From positions 619 through 64,618 of the forward strand of contig JAQUQE010000003.1 in the NCBI GenBank assembly GCA_028716225.1: a stretch of DNA of 64,000 nt, read 5' to 3'. The number at the start of each line of letters is the position of its first letter. Positions within the stretch are counted from its first letter, which is position 1. A program made the translations under genes and the position numbers. The notes under the pieces are model-generated. The model saw only the letters and a list, made by a program, of their open reading frames with translations. It made no database searches and was not told the origin of the DNA. This document shows positions 9,088 through 19,565 of this stretch, piece after piece. The stretch is from Dehalococcoidales bacterium (GTDB lineage Bacteria; Chloroflexota; Dehalococcoidia; Dehalococcoidales; UBA5760).

Positions 9088-9784
9088 TTTGGCTCTCTGT
9101 ATTCCTTGGCTTTTTCGGTCTGGTAATATGTGGTCGTCTCAGGTATAGCGGGCTTAAGGCAGCCGGGTTATCGTAGTTTCCTGTCTTAAGCTGCCGCTCT
9201 CCCAGTTCGGCGAGGAAGCTGCTCCGGCGCAAGCTGGCTGCTGGCGATGCTATCACGGCTTTTTGTCTGAGCAGCTCTATCAGTCTGGTGCCGGTAAGGG
9301 GTGTGATTTCACCACAGAATATCGTCCTGGTGGTTATCTCCGAGCATAGAGTCTCCAGAGTGGTGATTTGTTCGCTAAATATCTTTTGCCAGCAGTTATA
9401 TCTTGTCCGGTAGACAGCGGTGGCAATTTCTCCTCTCCCGGCCTGAAATATCGGGCAGATGGGTAGATTGGTTACCGCATACTGGTAGGCGGCTACTTCC
9501 AAGGTGCTGATGCCTACTATCGGAATTGCCAGACTGAAGGCCAGACCTTTGGCTGTACTGATGCCGACCCTTAATCCGTTGTAGCTGCCCGGTCCCTTGG
9601 CCACGATAATCCCGCTTAGTGAAGCGGGGCTTAACCTGGCCTGGCTGAGCAGGTTAGCCAGGCGTGGCAATAACTGGATAGAGTGGTTCTGGCCGCAGCG
9701 CCAGGTCAGTTCGGTATACACTGTGCCATCTTTTGTTAGCGCCAGGCTAGCCGTATCGGTTGATGTGTCTATTGACAGTCTCAT
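9077..9784 (-). CDS. tsaB: tRNA t6A37 biosynthesis protein TsaB
   Basis: 235 aa with MRLSIDTSTDTASLAL and VAKGPGSYNGLRVG, an ASKHA fold without the Kae1 metal site. Confidence 0.85.
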   Translation of the reverse strand: MRLSIDTSTDTASLALTKDGTVYTELTWRCGQNHSIQLLPRLANLLSQARLSPASLSGIIVAKGPGSYNGLRVGISTAKGLAFSLAIPIVGISTLEVAAYQYAVTNLPICPIFQAGRGEIATAVYRTRYNCWQKIFSEQITTLETLCSEITTRTIFCGEITPLTGTRLIELLRQKAVIASPAASLRRSSFLAELGERQLKTGNYDNPAALSPLYLRRPHITRPKKPRNTESQNDN

Positions 9785-9796
9785 CGCGCGCTCTTT

Positions 9797-10279
9797 CTAA
9801 GTGACTTTTGGGGACGGGTATTTTAGTTTTGTCAGTAGTTCTTGATAGCGCCTTCCGTGTGGTCTAAAATGTAAGCTGCGTTTGCTATTGTCCAGATAGC
9901 CTGTCTCTATCAGCAGGTGCTCTGGTGGCAACAGGCTAAGCCCTTTGTCCGCCCATTCAACTACAGCAACGCCGCTACCATAGAGATAATCGTCCAGACC
10001 CAGGTCGCTTATCTCTTCCAGACGGTCAAGCCGGTAGAGGTCTATGTGGTATAACGGTAATCTGCCGTAAAGCTCTCTCATTATAACAAAAGATGGGCTC
10101 AGCGCATAATCCTTTATCCCCAGTCCTCGGGCAATGCCCTGGGTGAGGCAGGTTTTGCCGCTGCCCAGTTTACCGGTGAGGAGGAAAACGTCACCGGGTA
10201 AAGCTAATCTGCCGATGCGGATTCCGATTTGTTGGGTCTGTACCGGGCTGTTACTGACTAAATCGGTCTGGTGAAAAAT
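9797..10279 (-). CDS. tsaE: tRNA t6A37 biosynthesis ATPase TsaE. The start is probably ATT at 10279.
   Basis: The frame is open from 10330. The Walker A (TGKLGSGKTCLTQGIA) lies upstream of the first ATG at 10081. There is no ATG, GTG or TTG in the upstream open frame. An AAGGAG SD sits 6 nt before the ATT. Confidence 0.85.
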   Translation of the reverse strand: MFHQTDLVSNSPVQTQQIGIRIGRLALPGDVFLLTGKLGSGKTCLTQGIARGLGIKDYALSPSFVIMRELYGRLPLYHIDLYRLDRLEEISDLGLDDYLYGSGVAVVEWADKGLSLLPPEHLLIETGYLDNSKRSLHFRPHGRRYQELLTKLKYPSPKVT

Positions 10280-10290
10280 ATGCCTCTCCT

Positions 10291-11307
10291 TTAGTTTTGC
10301 GTTTTCTTGAAATGTTCCCAGCCTCCCCCGTTAAGTTCTAGCTGTTTTCCCCTGTTGTCGATCAGGGTTACCTGGCCCATCTTATCAGCGGTCATTTCAC
10401 CGATGATAGTTATTGGACATGAGGAGAGCTCTCTTATCCTGTTAATCACCTCGGCGCTTCCGGTAAAGAGGAGTTCGTAGTCTTCTCCTCCCGATAGTGC
10501 CAGTTCAAGCGCTTTATTGCTGAAGTTAGCCTTGACATCGGGGTGAACAGGTATGTGGTCAACCTCTATCCTGGCGCCAAGGCGGCTGGCCCGGCAGATG
10601 TGGCCTAGATCTGAGCATAGCCCGTCACTGATATCTATGGCTGCCCCTGCTCCTTCCTTAAGGATTAGCTGTCCTTCCGATATTCGGGGAAAGGGGTGAA
10701 GAAAAGCCTCTTTCAAGGTGGCGATGTTCTTAGCCTTAATATCGGGCCTTCTCAGTATCTCCCAGCCGGCGCTGGCGGCGCCCAAGTAACCGGTAACGGC
10801 TATTTTATCTCTTGCCCTGGCTCCCGAACGGGTGAGGATATTATCCTTCCCGTCCTGCGTGATGCCCAGAACGGTGATGTTAATCATAATCTGTGCTGCG
10901 TTGCAGGTATCGCCGCCGACGATAGCTACTCCCGTCTGCTCGGCTAGCTCAACCATGCCCCGGTATAGAGTGGTGATATCTTCCACATCGGTTGTTTCCG
11001 GTAGGGCTATTGATACTACGGCATAACGGGGTATGCCGCCCATTGCGGCGATATCACTCAGGTTGATGGCCAGAGCTTTCCACCCCACTTCTTTCCAGGG
11101 GGAGACCGCCAGAGAGAAGTGTATATCCTGGATGAAAGAATCAACGGTTACCAGCTGTGTTGCGGTGCCGCTGTGCCAAGCGGCGGCATCATCGCCGATT
11201 CCGATTAACAGTTGCTGCCAGGCGGGATTCTGTTCATCCCGGGAGCGCTGTACTATTTTAACCAGGAGGTCGATCAGCCCGAATTCGCCCAGTTCAGAGA
11301 CCTTCAT
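10291..11307 (-). CDS. thiL: Thiamine-monophosphate kinase
   Basis: 338 aa with a PurM-like fold, and the motifs GIGDDAA and GGDTC. Confidence 0.9.
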   Translation of the reverse strand: MKVSELGEFGLIDLLVKIVQRSRDEQNPAWQQLLIGIGDDAAAWHSGTATQLVTVDSFIQDIHFSLAVSPWKEVGWKALAINLSDIAAMGGIPRYAVVSIALPETTDVEDITTLYRGMVELAEQTGVAIVGGDTCNAAQIMINITVLGITQDGKDNILTRSGARARDKIAVTGYLGAASAGWEILRRPDIKAKNIATLKEAFLHPFPRISEGQLILKEGAGAAIDISDGLCSDLGHICRASRLGARIEVDHIPVHPDVKANFSNKALELALSGGEDYELLFTGSAEVINRIRELSSCPITIIGEMTADKMGQVTLIDNRGKQLELNGGGWEHFKKTQN

Positions 11308-11431
11308 AGCTAGGATTATAGCATGCCCTTATCGGGGCAACAACAGAACCCGGTATCGGTCTGTATCAGGATGAAAACCAGGGTAATGGGGTAGAAAACC
11401 CCTCTAGCTATATCGACGAAAAGTTGTTATA

Positions 11432-12178
11432 TTGTTAAGCAGGATGCGTTGCGCGATTATTGCCGATATTCATGCCAATCTGGCCGCTTTCTCTGCCGTA
11501 CTGGCTGATATCAAGCAGCGGGGAGGGGTAGATGAAGTATGGTGTCTGGGAGATATTGTCGGCTATGGTCCTGACCCCTGCCAGTGTATCGAGATATTGC
11601 GTCGGCTGGAAAACGTCTGTATTGCGGGTAACCACGATTGGGCGGCAATCGGTAAGCTCAGTCTCTCCGAATTTAACCCTGACGCTGCTTACGCTTGCCG
11701 CTGGACAGCGGAGCAGTTAAGCGCTGAGGATGTGGTCTACCTTGATGGCTTACCCGAGGTTGCCGAGAAGGGTGATTTTACTCTGGTACACGGTAGCCCG
11801 AGGCAACCGATTTGGGAATACCTTCTCTCCATCGGCAGCGCCAGAGAGAATTTCGCTTACTTCAGCTCGCAGTTCTGTCTGGTGGGTCATTCTCACGTAC
11901 CTTCTATATTCAGATGTACCGAGACCGGTGATTGCTCCTTCAACCCGTTTTCGGCTAACGTCGGGCTTGCTCTGGGTAAGAGTCGTTTGATTATTAACCC
12001 TGGTAGTGTCGGCCAACCCAGAGATGGTGACACCAGGGTTAGTTATGCTATTCTTGATGATGAAATCATGATGCTTCGGCTCTACCGGGTCCCTTATGAT
12101 ATCAGTCTCACTCAGGCCAGGATGGTGAAACATAATCTACCGATGCGTCTCGTCTCTCGCCTGAGCCGTGGTATCTGA
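11432..12178 (+). CDS. Metallophosphoesterase (YfcE/MJ0936-like). The start is uncertain: TTG 11432 or ATG 11444.
   Basis: Motifs IADIHAN, GDIVGYG, GNHD, GHSH. Confidence 0.8.
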   Translation: MLSRMRCAIIADIHANLAAFSAVLADIKQRGGVDEVWCLGDIVGYGPDPCQCIEILRRLENVCIAGNHDWAAIGKLSLSEFNPDAAYACRWTAEQLSAEDVVYLDGLPEVAEKGDFTLVHGSPRQPIWEYLLSIGSARENFAYFSSQFCLVGHSHVPSIFRCTETGDCSFNPFSANVGLALGKSRLIINPGSVGQPRDGDTRVSYAILDDEIMMLRLYRVPYDISLTQARMVKHNLPMRLVSRLSRGI

Positions 12179-12257
12179 CTACTTTAGATAAAGGCGGTCG
12201 TTACTTTTCCTCGCAGTAGTTTTCCAGGAGGTTTTTTCGCTGAAGGCGGGATCACTT

Positions 12258-13121
12258 TTGGCTCAGACCAGGGGGCAGTTGCGTCGCTTTGACCTGCGGG
12301 CGAGAAAGGGTTTGGGACAGCACTTTCTTATCGATGAAGAGGTACTTAAACTGACCACCTCGTCCGCAGAGCTGACTGCCACTGATGTGGTGATAGAGGT
12401 CGGCCCCGGGCTTGGCGTGTTGAGCAGGGAGTTAGCCAGCCGGGCGGGTCGGCTGTTTACCATTGAACTGGACAGCAAACTGGCCGTTATTTTAAAAAAT
12501 GACCTGGCCCATTTTCTTAACGTTACCGTGATTAATGATGACGTCCTTAATATTGACCCGGCATCCCTGCTGCAGGGGGGGCAGGTCGGCTTTTCTCCGG
12601 TAACAGACAGCCCCTTACACTATAAGGTGGTGGCTAACCTTCCCTACTATATTACCTCTGCCGTGCTCCGCCATTTTCTGGAAGCCTCCTTGAGGCCCCG
12701 GTTAATGATATTAATGATGCAGAAAGAGGTGGCTCAGGCGATTGTGGCCGGACCGGGGGGGATGAGTCTGCTCAGTATCAGCGTGCAGTTTTATGCCCGA
12801 CCGGAGATAATAGAATATGTGCCGGCGCACTGTTTTTACCCCCAGCCGAAGGTTGACTCGGCACTGCTCAAGGTGCTCTCCTATCCCGAACCGCCGGCAG
12901 TAGACCGGGTTAGCTTTTTTAGGTTGGTGCGCGCTGGTTTTACTGCTTCCCGCAAGCAGATATGTAATTCACTAGCCCGCGGCCTCGGCTTACCCAAAGA
13001 TGAAGTTATTTCCTGGTTAGTGAAGGTCGGGATAGCGCCGCAGCGCCGGGCTGAGACGCTTGCTCTTGACGAGTGGGTGGAGCTGTGGCGGGTGTTTACT
13101 CAAGTGGAGAGAGGAGAGTAA
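12258..13121 (+). CDS. rsmA: 16S rRNA (adenine1518/1519-N6)-dimethyltransferase
   Basis: 287 aa with GQHFLID, the SAM motif VIEVGPGLG, and NLPYYITS. Confidence 0.9.
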   Translation: MAQTRGQLRRFDLRARKGLGQHFLIDEEVLKLTTSSAELTATDVVIEVGPGLGVLSRELASRAGRLFTIELDSKLAVILKNDLAHFLNVTVINDDVLNIDPASLLQGGQVGFSPVTDSPLHYKVVANLPYYITSAVLRHFLEASLRPRLMILMMQKEVAQAIVAGPGGMSLLSISVQFYARPEIIEYVPAHCFYPQPKVDSALLKVLSYPEPPAVDRVSFFRLVRAGFTASRKQICNSLARGLGLPKDEVISWLVKVGIAPQRRAETLALDEWVELWRVFTQVERGE

Positions 13122-13122
13122 A

Positions 13123-14001
13123 ATGCTTGAGTTCATGGCGCCGGCGAAACTGAACCTGACCCTTGAGGTCCTTGCCCGGAGGGAGAACGGTTTTCATGAA
13201 ATCCGTAGTGTTGCCCAGACGATAAATCTATGCGATACCATCCGTTTCCGGCCGGGCGAAGGTGTCGAGTTTAGCTGTTCTGACACCGATTGGGCTGCTT
13301 CGGAGAGCCTGATGGCTAGAACCGTCAATTTGCTGAGAGAAGCTACCGGCTGTTCTAGAGGTGTGTTAATCGAGGTGGAAAAGCGTATCCCCTTGCTTTC
13401 CGGATTGAGCGGTGACAGCAGTGATGCGGCGGCTGCTCTACGCGGGCTTAATCGGCTCTGGGAACTGGGTTTATCTCAAGAAGAACTGCTCGGTCTGGCC
13501 GCGCGTTTGGGCTCTGATGTTACCTTCTTTCTCTACGGTGGTACCGCTTTACTTGAGGGTAGAGGCGAAGCGGTGACTCCGCTGCCTCCGTTTCCGCATA
13601 ACTGGGTTGTATTGGTGCTGCCGCCGGTACCCAGAATGCCGGGTAAAACGGCACGGCTCTATAGCGGCATCAGGGCGAGCCACTATAGTGACGGAAGCAT
13701 TACGGATAGGCTGACAGCCTGCCTTAACCGGGGTGGCGGAATGCCCTACTCCTTGCTGTTTAACGTGTTCGATGAGGTTGCTCTGGTTAGTTTCCCCGGC
13801 CTTGAATCATACCGGCAGCAGTTCCTGGAGGCCGGAGCTCCTGAGGTCCACCTGGCCGGCTCGGGGCCGGTCCTCTTTAGCTTGGTGCGGGACAGGGCCG
13901 GGGCGGAGGAGATATGCCAACACCTTAGCGAGTTGGGGCTCAATCACTATCTCACGGATACCATGACCGCCTTTGAAGGTACCGGAGCAGAATTACTGTA
14001 A
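13123..14001 (+). CDS. ispE: 4-diphosphocytidyl-2-C-methyl-D-erythritol kinase
   Basis: It starts MLEFMAPAKLNLTLEV and belongs to the GHMP kinase family (GLSGDSSDAAA). I chose ATG 13123, which has a GAGGAG SD and follows the rsmA stop, rather than the track start at 13060. Confidence 0.9.
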   Translation: MLEFMAPAKLNLTLEVLARRENGFHEIRSVAQTINLCDTIRFRPGEGVEFSCSDTDWAASESLMARTVNLLREATGCSRGVLIEVEKRIPLLSGLSGDSSDAAAALRGLNRLWELGLSQEELLGLAARLGSDVTFFLYGGTALLEGRGEAVTPLPPFPHNWVVLVLPPVPRMPGKTARLYSGIRASHYSDGSITDRLTACLNRGGGMPYSLLFNVFDEVALVSFPGLESYRQQFLEAGAPEVHLAGSGPVLFSLVRDRAGAEEICQHLSELGLNHYLTDTMTAFEGTGAELL

Positions 14002-14108
14002 TTAGCCAGTGCTGTTGACGGTTGGATTAAGAGGGGCATTAGTACCATTCTCGCCTGCTGGTTCTGTAGCTAGCGTTGTTGCTGGCGGAGCTATTTAGTT
14101 TGTACCCC

Positions 14109-15374
14109 TTATTCCAGTTGCTCTTCGCCCAGCCACTCCCTGGCCAGTTTCTCCTCATCCGCTTTGCTGCTTGCTCTTCCATCCAGTCTGGCATTGTGTA
14201 GCAGCTTAAGGATCTCCTTAATCCGGGGGGAGGGGGGAAACCCCATTGCTATCAGGTCGTGGCCGCTTAAGGCCGGTTTGACATAACGTAGCTCATGCAG
14301 GAAGATTTCCAGGTGCTGGCGGGCAATAGGAGAACCTACGGCGAGTAAATTAGCGGTTATGGCTGATTGAGTATGGCCGTGAATGATTTGATAGACCTTA
14401 CTGCGTTTGAGCTCGGGGTAAGCCAGTGTTCTCAGTTTGCTCTTTAAGGCGATGGTGTCTTTTATCACCTGGGCTATCGAACCGGGTAACCTCAGGTATG
14501 AGATAAACTGCTCGCTGTTTTCTTCACTTAGCCGGTAGACCAGCAGGGCTAGATAAAGGCTGAATGAAGATTGGTCCGGCGCAGTCTGCTTACGGGCCGC
14601 CTGAAATCTATCGCAGAGCCAGCCGTTACCCTTAATCTCCGGATGTAATCTGGCCAGTACCCCCAGCTCTTCGGCACGGCTCAGAATCTTCTCCGGTTCT
14701 TCCTCCTGAAAGATGCATTCCAGCTCGTATCGTATTCGGTCGCCGCTTATGGTATCCAGCATGGTGATATCCCGCTTAAGCAGCCTGAGGGTGTCCTCCT
14801 CCAGTTGAAAGCCCAGTCGCTGCTCGTAGCGCAGCCCGCGCCAGATACGGGTGGCGTCGTCAATGAAGCTTTTTTCGTGTAGAATACGGATGAGTTTATT
14901 CTCAAGGTCACACTGACCTGCGTGGCGGTCAATCAGTTCGCCATAGCGCTCGGGACTGAGACAGACCGCCATTGCGTTGATGGTAAAATCACGGCGGAAG
15001 AGGTCTTTCTCAATTGAGCTCGGCACTACGTTGGGCAGTGCCCCTGCCTTTGCGTAGCTCTCTGAGCGGGCAGTGGCAAAATCGATGCTCCATTTCCCCC
15101 ACTCCAGCTTGGCGGTATTGAAGCGGGGATGGGTGGTCAGTCTTGCCGGTCCGGTTCCGGCTAGCTGTTTGGCTAGCTCGATGGCGTTACCCTCTATCAC
15201 CAGGTCAAGGTCAAGGTTAGGTTTCTCTAGAAGCAGGTCGCGTACTACCCCGCCGACGAGGTAGAGACTATCTCCCTGCCTGGCCGCTGTGCTGCCGGCG
15301 GTCTGTATCAGGTTGACCATCTCAGCCGGTAGCTGCGCTATTATTCTGCTGCTTAGATTGGTCGTCCTGCCCAT
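14109..15374 (-). CDS. cca: CCA-adding enzyme / tRNA nucleotidyltransferase (PolyA polymerase head-domain family)
   Basis: 421 aa with GGVVRDLLL, DLDLV and RRDFTINAMA. Confidence 0.8.
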   Translation of the reverse strand: MGRTTNLSSRIIAQLPAEMVNLIQTAGSTAARQGDSLYLVGGVVRDLLLEKPNLDLDLVIEGNAIELAKQLAGTGPARLTTHPRFNTAKLEWGKWSIDFATARSESYAKAGALPNVVPSSIEKDLFRRDFTINAMAVCLSPERYGELIDRHAGQCDLENKLIRILHEKSFIDDATRIWRGLRYEQRLGFQLEEDTLRLLKRDITMLDTISGDRIRYELECIFQEEEPEKILSRAEELGVLARLHPEIKGNGWLCDRFQAARKQTAPDQSSFSLYLALLVYRLSEENSEQFISYLRLPGSIAQVIKDTIALKSKLRTLAYPELKRSKVYQIIHGHTQSAITANLLAVGSPIARQHLEIFLHELRYVKPALSGHDLIAMGFPPSPRIKEILKLLHNARLDGRASSKADEEKLAREWLGEEQLE

Positions 15375-15471
15375 TTTCCCGCATTATAGCACAGCTTGCC
15401 GGCGTATGTATGCAGTACTGATTGCCATTTGCGGGGAATTCTGCTTATAATGAAGCTCGTACGGGTGTATT

Positions 15472-16017
15472 ATGAGAGTGGTTTCGATTGTTGGTATGGC
15501 CGGCTCCGGAAAATCCGAGGTGGCCAGGGTATTTGAGACAAACGGTTTTAGCCGGATCAGGTTCGGGGATATTACTGACGATGAGGTAAAGAAGCGGGGG
15601 CTTCCGCTAAATGAGCAGAACGAGCGTATCATCAGGGAGTTACTGAGAGAAGAGCATGGTATGGCGGCCTATGCCCGGCTCAATCTGGACAGAATCGATC
15701 TGGCATTGCGATACTCCGACGTGGTCGTAGACGGGCTTTATTCCTGGGAAGAGTACACTCTGCTTAAGGATTACTACGGAGGGACTCTCTCGTTGGTCGC
15801 TGTTTGGGCTTCACCCAGGACGAGGTATAGCCGGCTGTGTGTCAGGAGAGAGCGTCCCCTGACTATGGCAGAGTCTGCCAGTCGGGACAGAGCGGAAATA
15901 GAGAAAGTAAATAAGGGTGGGCCTATCGCGATGGCTGACTTCACTCTGATAAACGAGTCCTCTCTGGATGAGTTGAAGAAAGAAGCGGAAAGGATCGTCT
16001 CGCGAATGCGGGATTAG
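15472..16017 (+). CDS. P-loop nucleotide kinase (UPF0200 / dephospho-CoA-kinase-like). Substrate unknown.
   Basis: 181 aa with Walker A VGMAGSGKSEV. Its size and layout match small archaeal-type nucleotide kinases. It is adjacent to dCMP deaminase. Confidence 0.6.
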   Translation: MRVVSIVGMAGSGKSEVARVFETNGFSRIRFGDITDDEVKKRGLPLNEQNERIIRELLREEHGMAAYARLNLDRIDLALRYSDVVVDGLYSWEEYTLLKDYYGGTLSLVAVWASPRTRYSRLCVRRERPLTMAESASRDRAEIEKVNKGGPIAMADFTLINESSLDELKKEAERIVSRMRD

Positions 16018-16019
16018 AA

Positions 16020-16502
16020 GTGGGCATAACGGTCAGACTTTGTAGCGACGAGTATTTTTTGAAGATAGCTTCGGTGGTTGCCGAGCGCTCCACCTGCCGT
16101 CGGCACCATGTCGGGGCGGTTGCCGTAAGAGATAAACACATACTGGCGACTGGCTACAACGGTGCTGCCGCCGGCATCAAGGACTGCCTTGAGCTTGGTT
16201 GTCTCAGGGATGAAATGAAGATACCGTCAGGGACGAGGCATGAAATATGCCGCGGTATCCATGCCGAGCAGAATGTAATCGTTCAGGCCGGTCTTCACGG
16301 TGTCAGCCTCGAGGGGAGTACTATCTACTGTACTCATACTCCCTGCATACTTTGTGCCAAGATGCTGGTTAATGCCAAGATCAGGCGGTATGTTAGCTTT
16401 GGCAGATATAATGATAATCAGTTTGCCGCACTGTTCGAAGAGGCCGGTATAGAGTTTGACTTAGAAAAAAGGCCGTCTTCCCGGATAAGCTATCTTGATT
16501 AG
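16020..16502 (+). CDS. comEB: Deoxycytidylate (dCMP) deaminase, ComEB family
   Basis: 160 aa with zinc motifs HAEQNV and PCILCAKML. Confidence 0.85.
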   Translation: MGITVRLCSDEYFLKIASVVAERSTCRRHHVGAVAVRDKHILATGYNGAAAGIKDCLELGCLRDEMKIPSGTRHEICRGIHAEQNVIVQAGLHGVSLEGSTIYCTHTPCILCAKMLVNAKIRRYVSFGRYNDNQFAALFEEAGIEFDLEKRPSSRISYLD

Positions 16503-16518
16503 CTCGCTTGCGTCGCTT

Positions 16519-17391
16519 TTATAGCATATCGAGGAGCTTGTACATATCTTCATAGGCCTTGCCAAAGTCAGGATTAATGGTATTAAACCTGGCTTTCAGG
16601 GTCTTCATCTTACGGGCAAACCCGTCCCTGTCTTTCTTTGCCACCAGGTCGGCCCAGGCTTTTGCTTTTTCCTGAAATTCCTTCTCAGCTTCGGCCAGAT
16701 TGGGCAGGCACATCTGCAACGAGGCGTAAAGCTCGGGGTCCTCGGAAATAACGCTTTCGGTCAGGGTCGACAGCAGCTTAAAGGTGATGCCGCTAGCATT
16801 GCCAACTTGTCTTAAGCGGTTGAATCTCAGTATCGTATCACCGGCGACTATTGCGATGAAGTGGGAAAGACCCAGGACGACAGTCATAATTTCATCGTGT
16901 TCTTCCGGGCTGACCAGGGTTACCTTGGCCTCTCTTTTTTCCAGGTATTCCCTGGCTCTCTCGGCTATGGTCTGCTCCTCTTCGTTAGTGGGGGTTAACA
17001 TAAAGCTCCTGTTGGCGATATCTCTGGCACCGGGGCCAAACATCGGGTGCATGCCCAGCACCTTCCTTGATTTTATGTGTCTGTGAATTGCTGCCATCGG
17101 AAGTACTTTTACCGAGGTAATATCTATAATGATCTGCTCGCTACTGGTATGGGGGCCGATTTGTTCTACAACCGCCTCAAAATTATCTATCGGCACCGAT
17201 ATCAGGATGACCTGGGATCTCCGCACCGCTTCTATATTGTCTGTGGTGGCTTCAACAGTAAGCTGTTTGCCGGCCTCCCGCAGCTTTGCCTTGTTTCTCC
17301 CGGTTATTGTTACCTGGTGGCCTTCTTTCAGGGCAAAGCGGGCGAACCAGCGCCCCATATTTCCCGAGCCGCCGATGACTGCAATTTTCAT
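16519..17391 (-). CDS. tyrA: Prephenate dehydrogenase
   Basis: 290 aa. It starts MKIAVIGGSGNMGRWF (Rossmann fold) and has HPMFGP. Confidence 0.85.
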   Translation of the reverse strand: MKIAVIGGSGNMGRWFARFALKEGHQVTITGRNKAKLREAGKQLTVEATTDNIEAVRRSQVILISVPIDNFEAVVEQIGPHTSSEQIIIDITSVKVLPMAAIHRHIKSRKVLGMHPMFGPGARDIANRSFMLTPTNEEEQTIAERAREYLEKREAKVTLVSPEEHDEIMTVVLGLSHFIAIVAGDTILRFNRLRQVGNASGITFKLLSTLTESVISEDPELYASLQMCLPNLAEAEKEFQEKAKAWADLVAKKDRDGFARKMKTLKARFNTINPDFGKAYEDMYKLLDML

Positions 17392-17409
17392 GATTACCTC
17401 GTGGTTTGC

Positions 17410-18477
17410 TTAATTCGTCTTGGGGTAAGAACCCAGCACACGCAGGAATAGTGTGGCCTCCTCCAGATTGGCTAATACTTCTTTCGGTGCCTTGTCTTCC
17501 CGGTGGCCTTCAAAGTCGAGATAGAAATTGTATTCCCAGGCCTTTTGCCTTGTCGGGCGGGACTCAATCTTGGTCAGGTTGACGCCCTTGCTGGCGAATT
17601 TATTCAGCATTTCGTAGAGCGCCATCGGTTTGTGCTTTACTGAGAAGACTATCGATGTCTTGTCGTTTCCCGACGGGGGACAGTCCTCCTTGGCCAGTAT
17701 GAAGAACCGGGTGAAATTGCTCGGGTTGTCCTCTATCTCCCGGGCCAGTATCTTCATCTGGTAGATTTCAGCGGCCCGGGCACTGGCGATTGCCCCGGCG
17801 TCAGTTAAGCCTTTCTCCTTGATCATCTTTACGCTGGTGGCGGTATCCGAAGTTGGGGCTAATCTGCAGCCCAGCTGTTTTAAGAATGTCCGACATTGTC
17901 CCAGGGCTTGGGGGTGCGAGTAGACCTTCTTAACCGCATCCAGTCGTGTCTCGGGGTTGGCTACCAGGCAGTGAGTAACATGGAGCTCTAGTTCACCGCA
18001 CACCTTAAGGCTTGATGTCAGCAGCAGATCGTAAGACCTGCCTATTGTTCCTTCCAGGGAGTTCTCTATAGGAGCAATGCCGAACTGTACCTCGTCCTGC
18101 TCTACGGCCCTGAAAACGCTTTCCAGGCTTTCCTGAGGCTTGGTTATTGCCAGCGGGCCAAAAAACTTAAGGGCGGCCTCTTCGCTGTATGCCCCTGGCT
18201 CACCGGGAAAGGCGACCTCAATACCCTGTGTCCTGCGGCAGGCCGTCATTATCTGCTGGTAGATGCTCTCGATAACTCCCTGGTCCATATTTTCACTGCG
18301 GGCAATACTCCTGATATGTTCGGAGACCTTTTTCTCTCTTGCCCGGTCATTGATTTGTTTCCCCTCCCTTATTTTCTCTTTCCCTATCTCCCGCGCAATC
18401 CTTATTCTCTCACTGATTAGCTTGACAATCTCAGCATCGGTTTTATCGATTCTTTTTCTTAAATCTTCCAGGCTCAT
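17410..18477 (-). CDS. pheA: Bifunctional chorismate mutase / prephenate dehydratase (P-protein) with a C-terminal ACT domain
   Basis: 355 aa. It has an N-terminal CM_2 helix ([19 protein letters not shown]), a PDT domain (ESRP motif in TKIESRPTR) and an ACT tail. Confidence 0.9.
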   Translation of the reverse strand: MSLEDLRKRIDKTDAEIVKLISERIRIAREIGKEKIREGKQINDRAREKKVSEHIRSIARSENMDQGVIESIYQQIMTACRRTQGIEVAFPGEPGAYSEEAALKFFGPLAITKPQESLESVFRAVEQDEVQFGIAPIENSLEGTIGRSYDLLLTSSLKVCGELELHVTHCLVANPETRLDAVKKVYSHPQALGQCRTFLKQLGCRLAPTSDTATSVKMIKEKGLTDAGAIASARAAEIYQMKILAREIEDNPSNFTRFFILAKEDCPPSGNDKTSIVFSVKHKPMALYEMLNKFASKGVNLTKIESRPTRQKAWEYNFYLDFEGHREDKAPKEVLANLEEATLFLRVLGSYPKTN

Positions 18478-19565
18478 TTTATCACCCTCGGTATTATTCC
18501 TGCCCGCATCGCCATGTCACAGATGGTTACCGCCATCATTGATTCTACAACAACCGCCGCCCGCGGTACGATGCAGGTATCATGCCTTCCCTGGATGGAC
18601 AGACTGGTACTCTCCATGTCCTTGATGTTTATCGTTGGCTGCTTCTTTCCGATAGATGGCGTTGGCTTAATCGCTACCCTAACCACTATCGGCATACCGT
18701 TACTTATTCCTCCCAGAATGCCTCCCGAGTTGTTAGTTGTGGTGACTATATTGCCGTCTTTGATGGTGAAAGGGTCGTTATTCTCAGAGCCTTTCTTAAC
18801 CGCTACGGATAAACCAGCTCCGAATTCGATCCCCTTAACGGAAGGGATAGCCAGAATAGCTTTGGCCATTTCACCGTCCAGTGTGTCAAAGACCGGTTCT
18901 CCTAAACCGGCAGGTACGTTAAGCGCGATTCCTTCTATGATGCCACCCAGGCTGTCCCCTTCTTTTCTGACCTCTTCAATAGCCTTAATCATCTCTTTGG
19001 CAGCATCAAGGTCAGCACATTTTAGCGGGTTCTTCCCCAGGTTTCCCCTTATTCTGTCAAATTCTTTCGGCTCGGCTTTGATACTGCCTATCTGAATAGT
19101 ATGGGCTATGACCTCAATGCCGATCCGGCCGATCAATTTCCTGGCAATAGCACCAGCCATAACAAAGCCGGCGGTAATTCTCCCGGAAAACCTGCCGCCG
19201 CCTCTGAAATCGTTGAATCCTCCGTACTTAACGAAGGCGGTGTAGTCAGCCTGTCCCGGTCTCATTAGGAATCTGGTCTGCTCGTACTCTCTTGAGTCTA
19301 TGTCTTTGTTCCATATCACCAAGCAGATAGGGGCGCCGGTAGTGATACCATTTCTGATTCCGGCAAGGACTTCAACTCTATCCTCCTCTGCCCTCTGTGT
19401 GGAGGCCATATCCGCCCCCGGCCTTCTTTTATCAAGGTCTTTCTGTATATTATCTTCGGTAACGGCCAGTCCGGCCGGGCAACCGTCGATAATGATCCCG
19501 ACACATCTGCCGTGGCTTTCTCCAAAGCTTGTTATGGTGAAAAGCTTACCCAGACTGTTCTCCAT
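18474..19565 (-). CDS. aroC: Chorismate synthase
   Basis: 363 aa with [17 protein letters not shown] and GGGRFSGR. Confidence 0.95.
   Translation of the reverse strand: MENSLGKLFTITSFGESHGRCVGIIIDGCPAGLAVTEDNIQKDLDKRRPGADMASTQRAEEDRVEVLAGIRNGITTGAPICLVIWNKDIDSREYEQTRFLMRPGQADYTAFVKYGGFNDFRGGGRFSGRITAGFVMAGAIARKLIGRIGIEVIAHTIQIGSIKAEPKEFDRIRGNLGKNPLKCADLDAAKEMIKAIEEVRKEGDSLGGIIEGIALNVPAGLGEPVFDTLDGEMAKAILAIPSVKGIEFGAGLSVAVKKGSENNDPFTIKDGNIVTTTNNSGGILGGISNGMPIVVRVAIKPTPSIGKKQPTINIKDMESTSLSIQGRHDTCIVPRAAVVVESMMAVTICDMAMRAGIIPRVIK

Noticed and set aside
13060-13122. An upstream extension of ispE. Similar track-start extensions occur for the macro-domain gene (25288), pckA (42016), the wHTH gene (46997) and aroF (24994).
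   Set aside because: In each case an internal ATG with a well-spaced SD matches the conserved N-terminus of the family. The extension either overlaps the previous gene or contains the SD itself.
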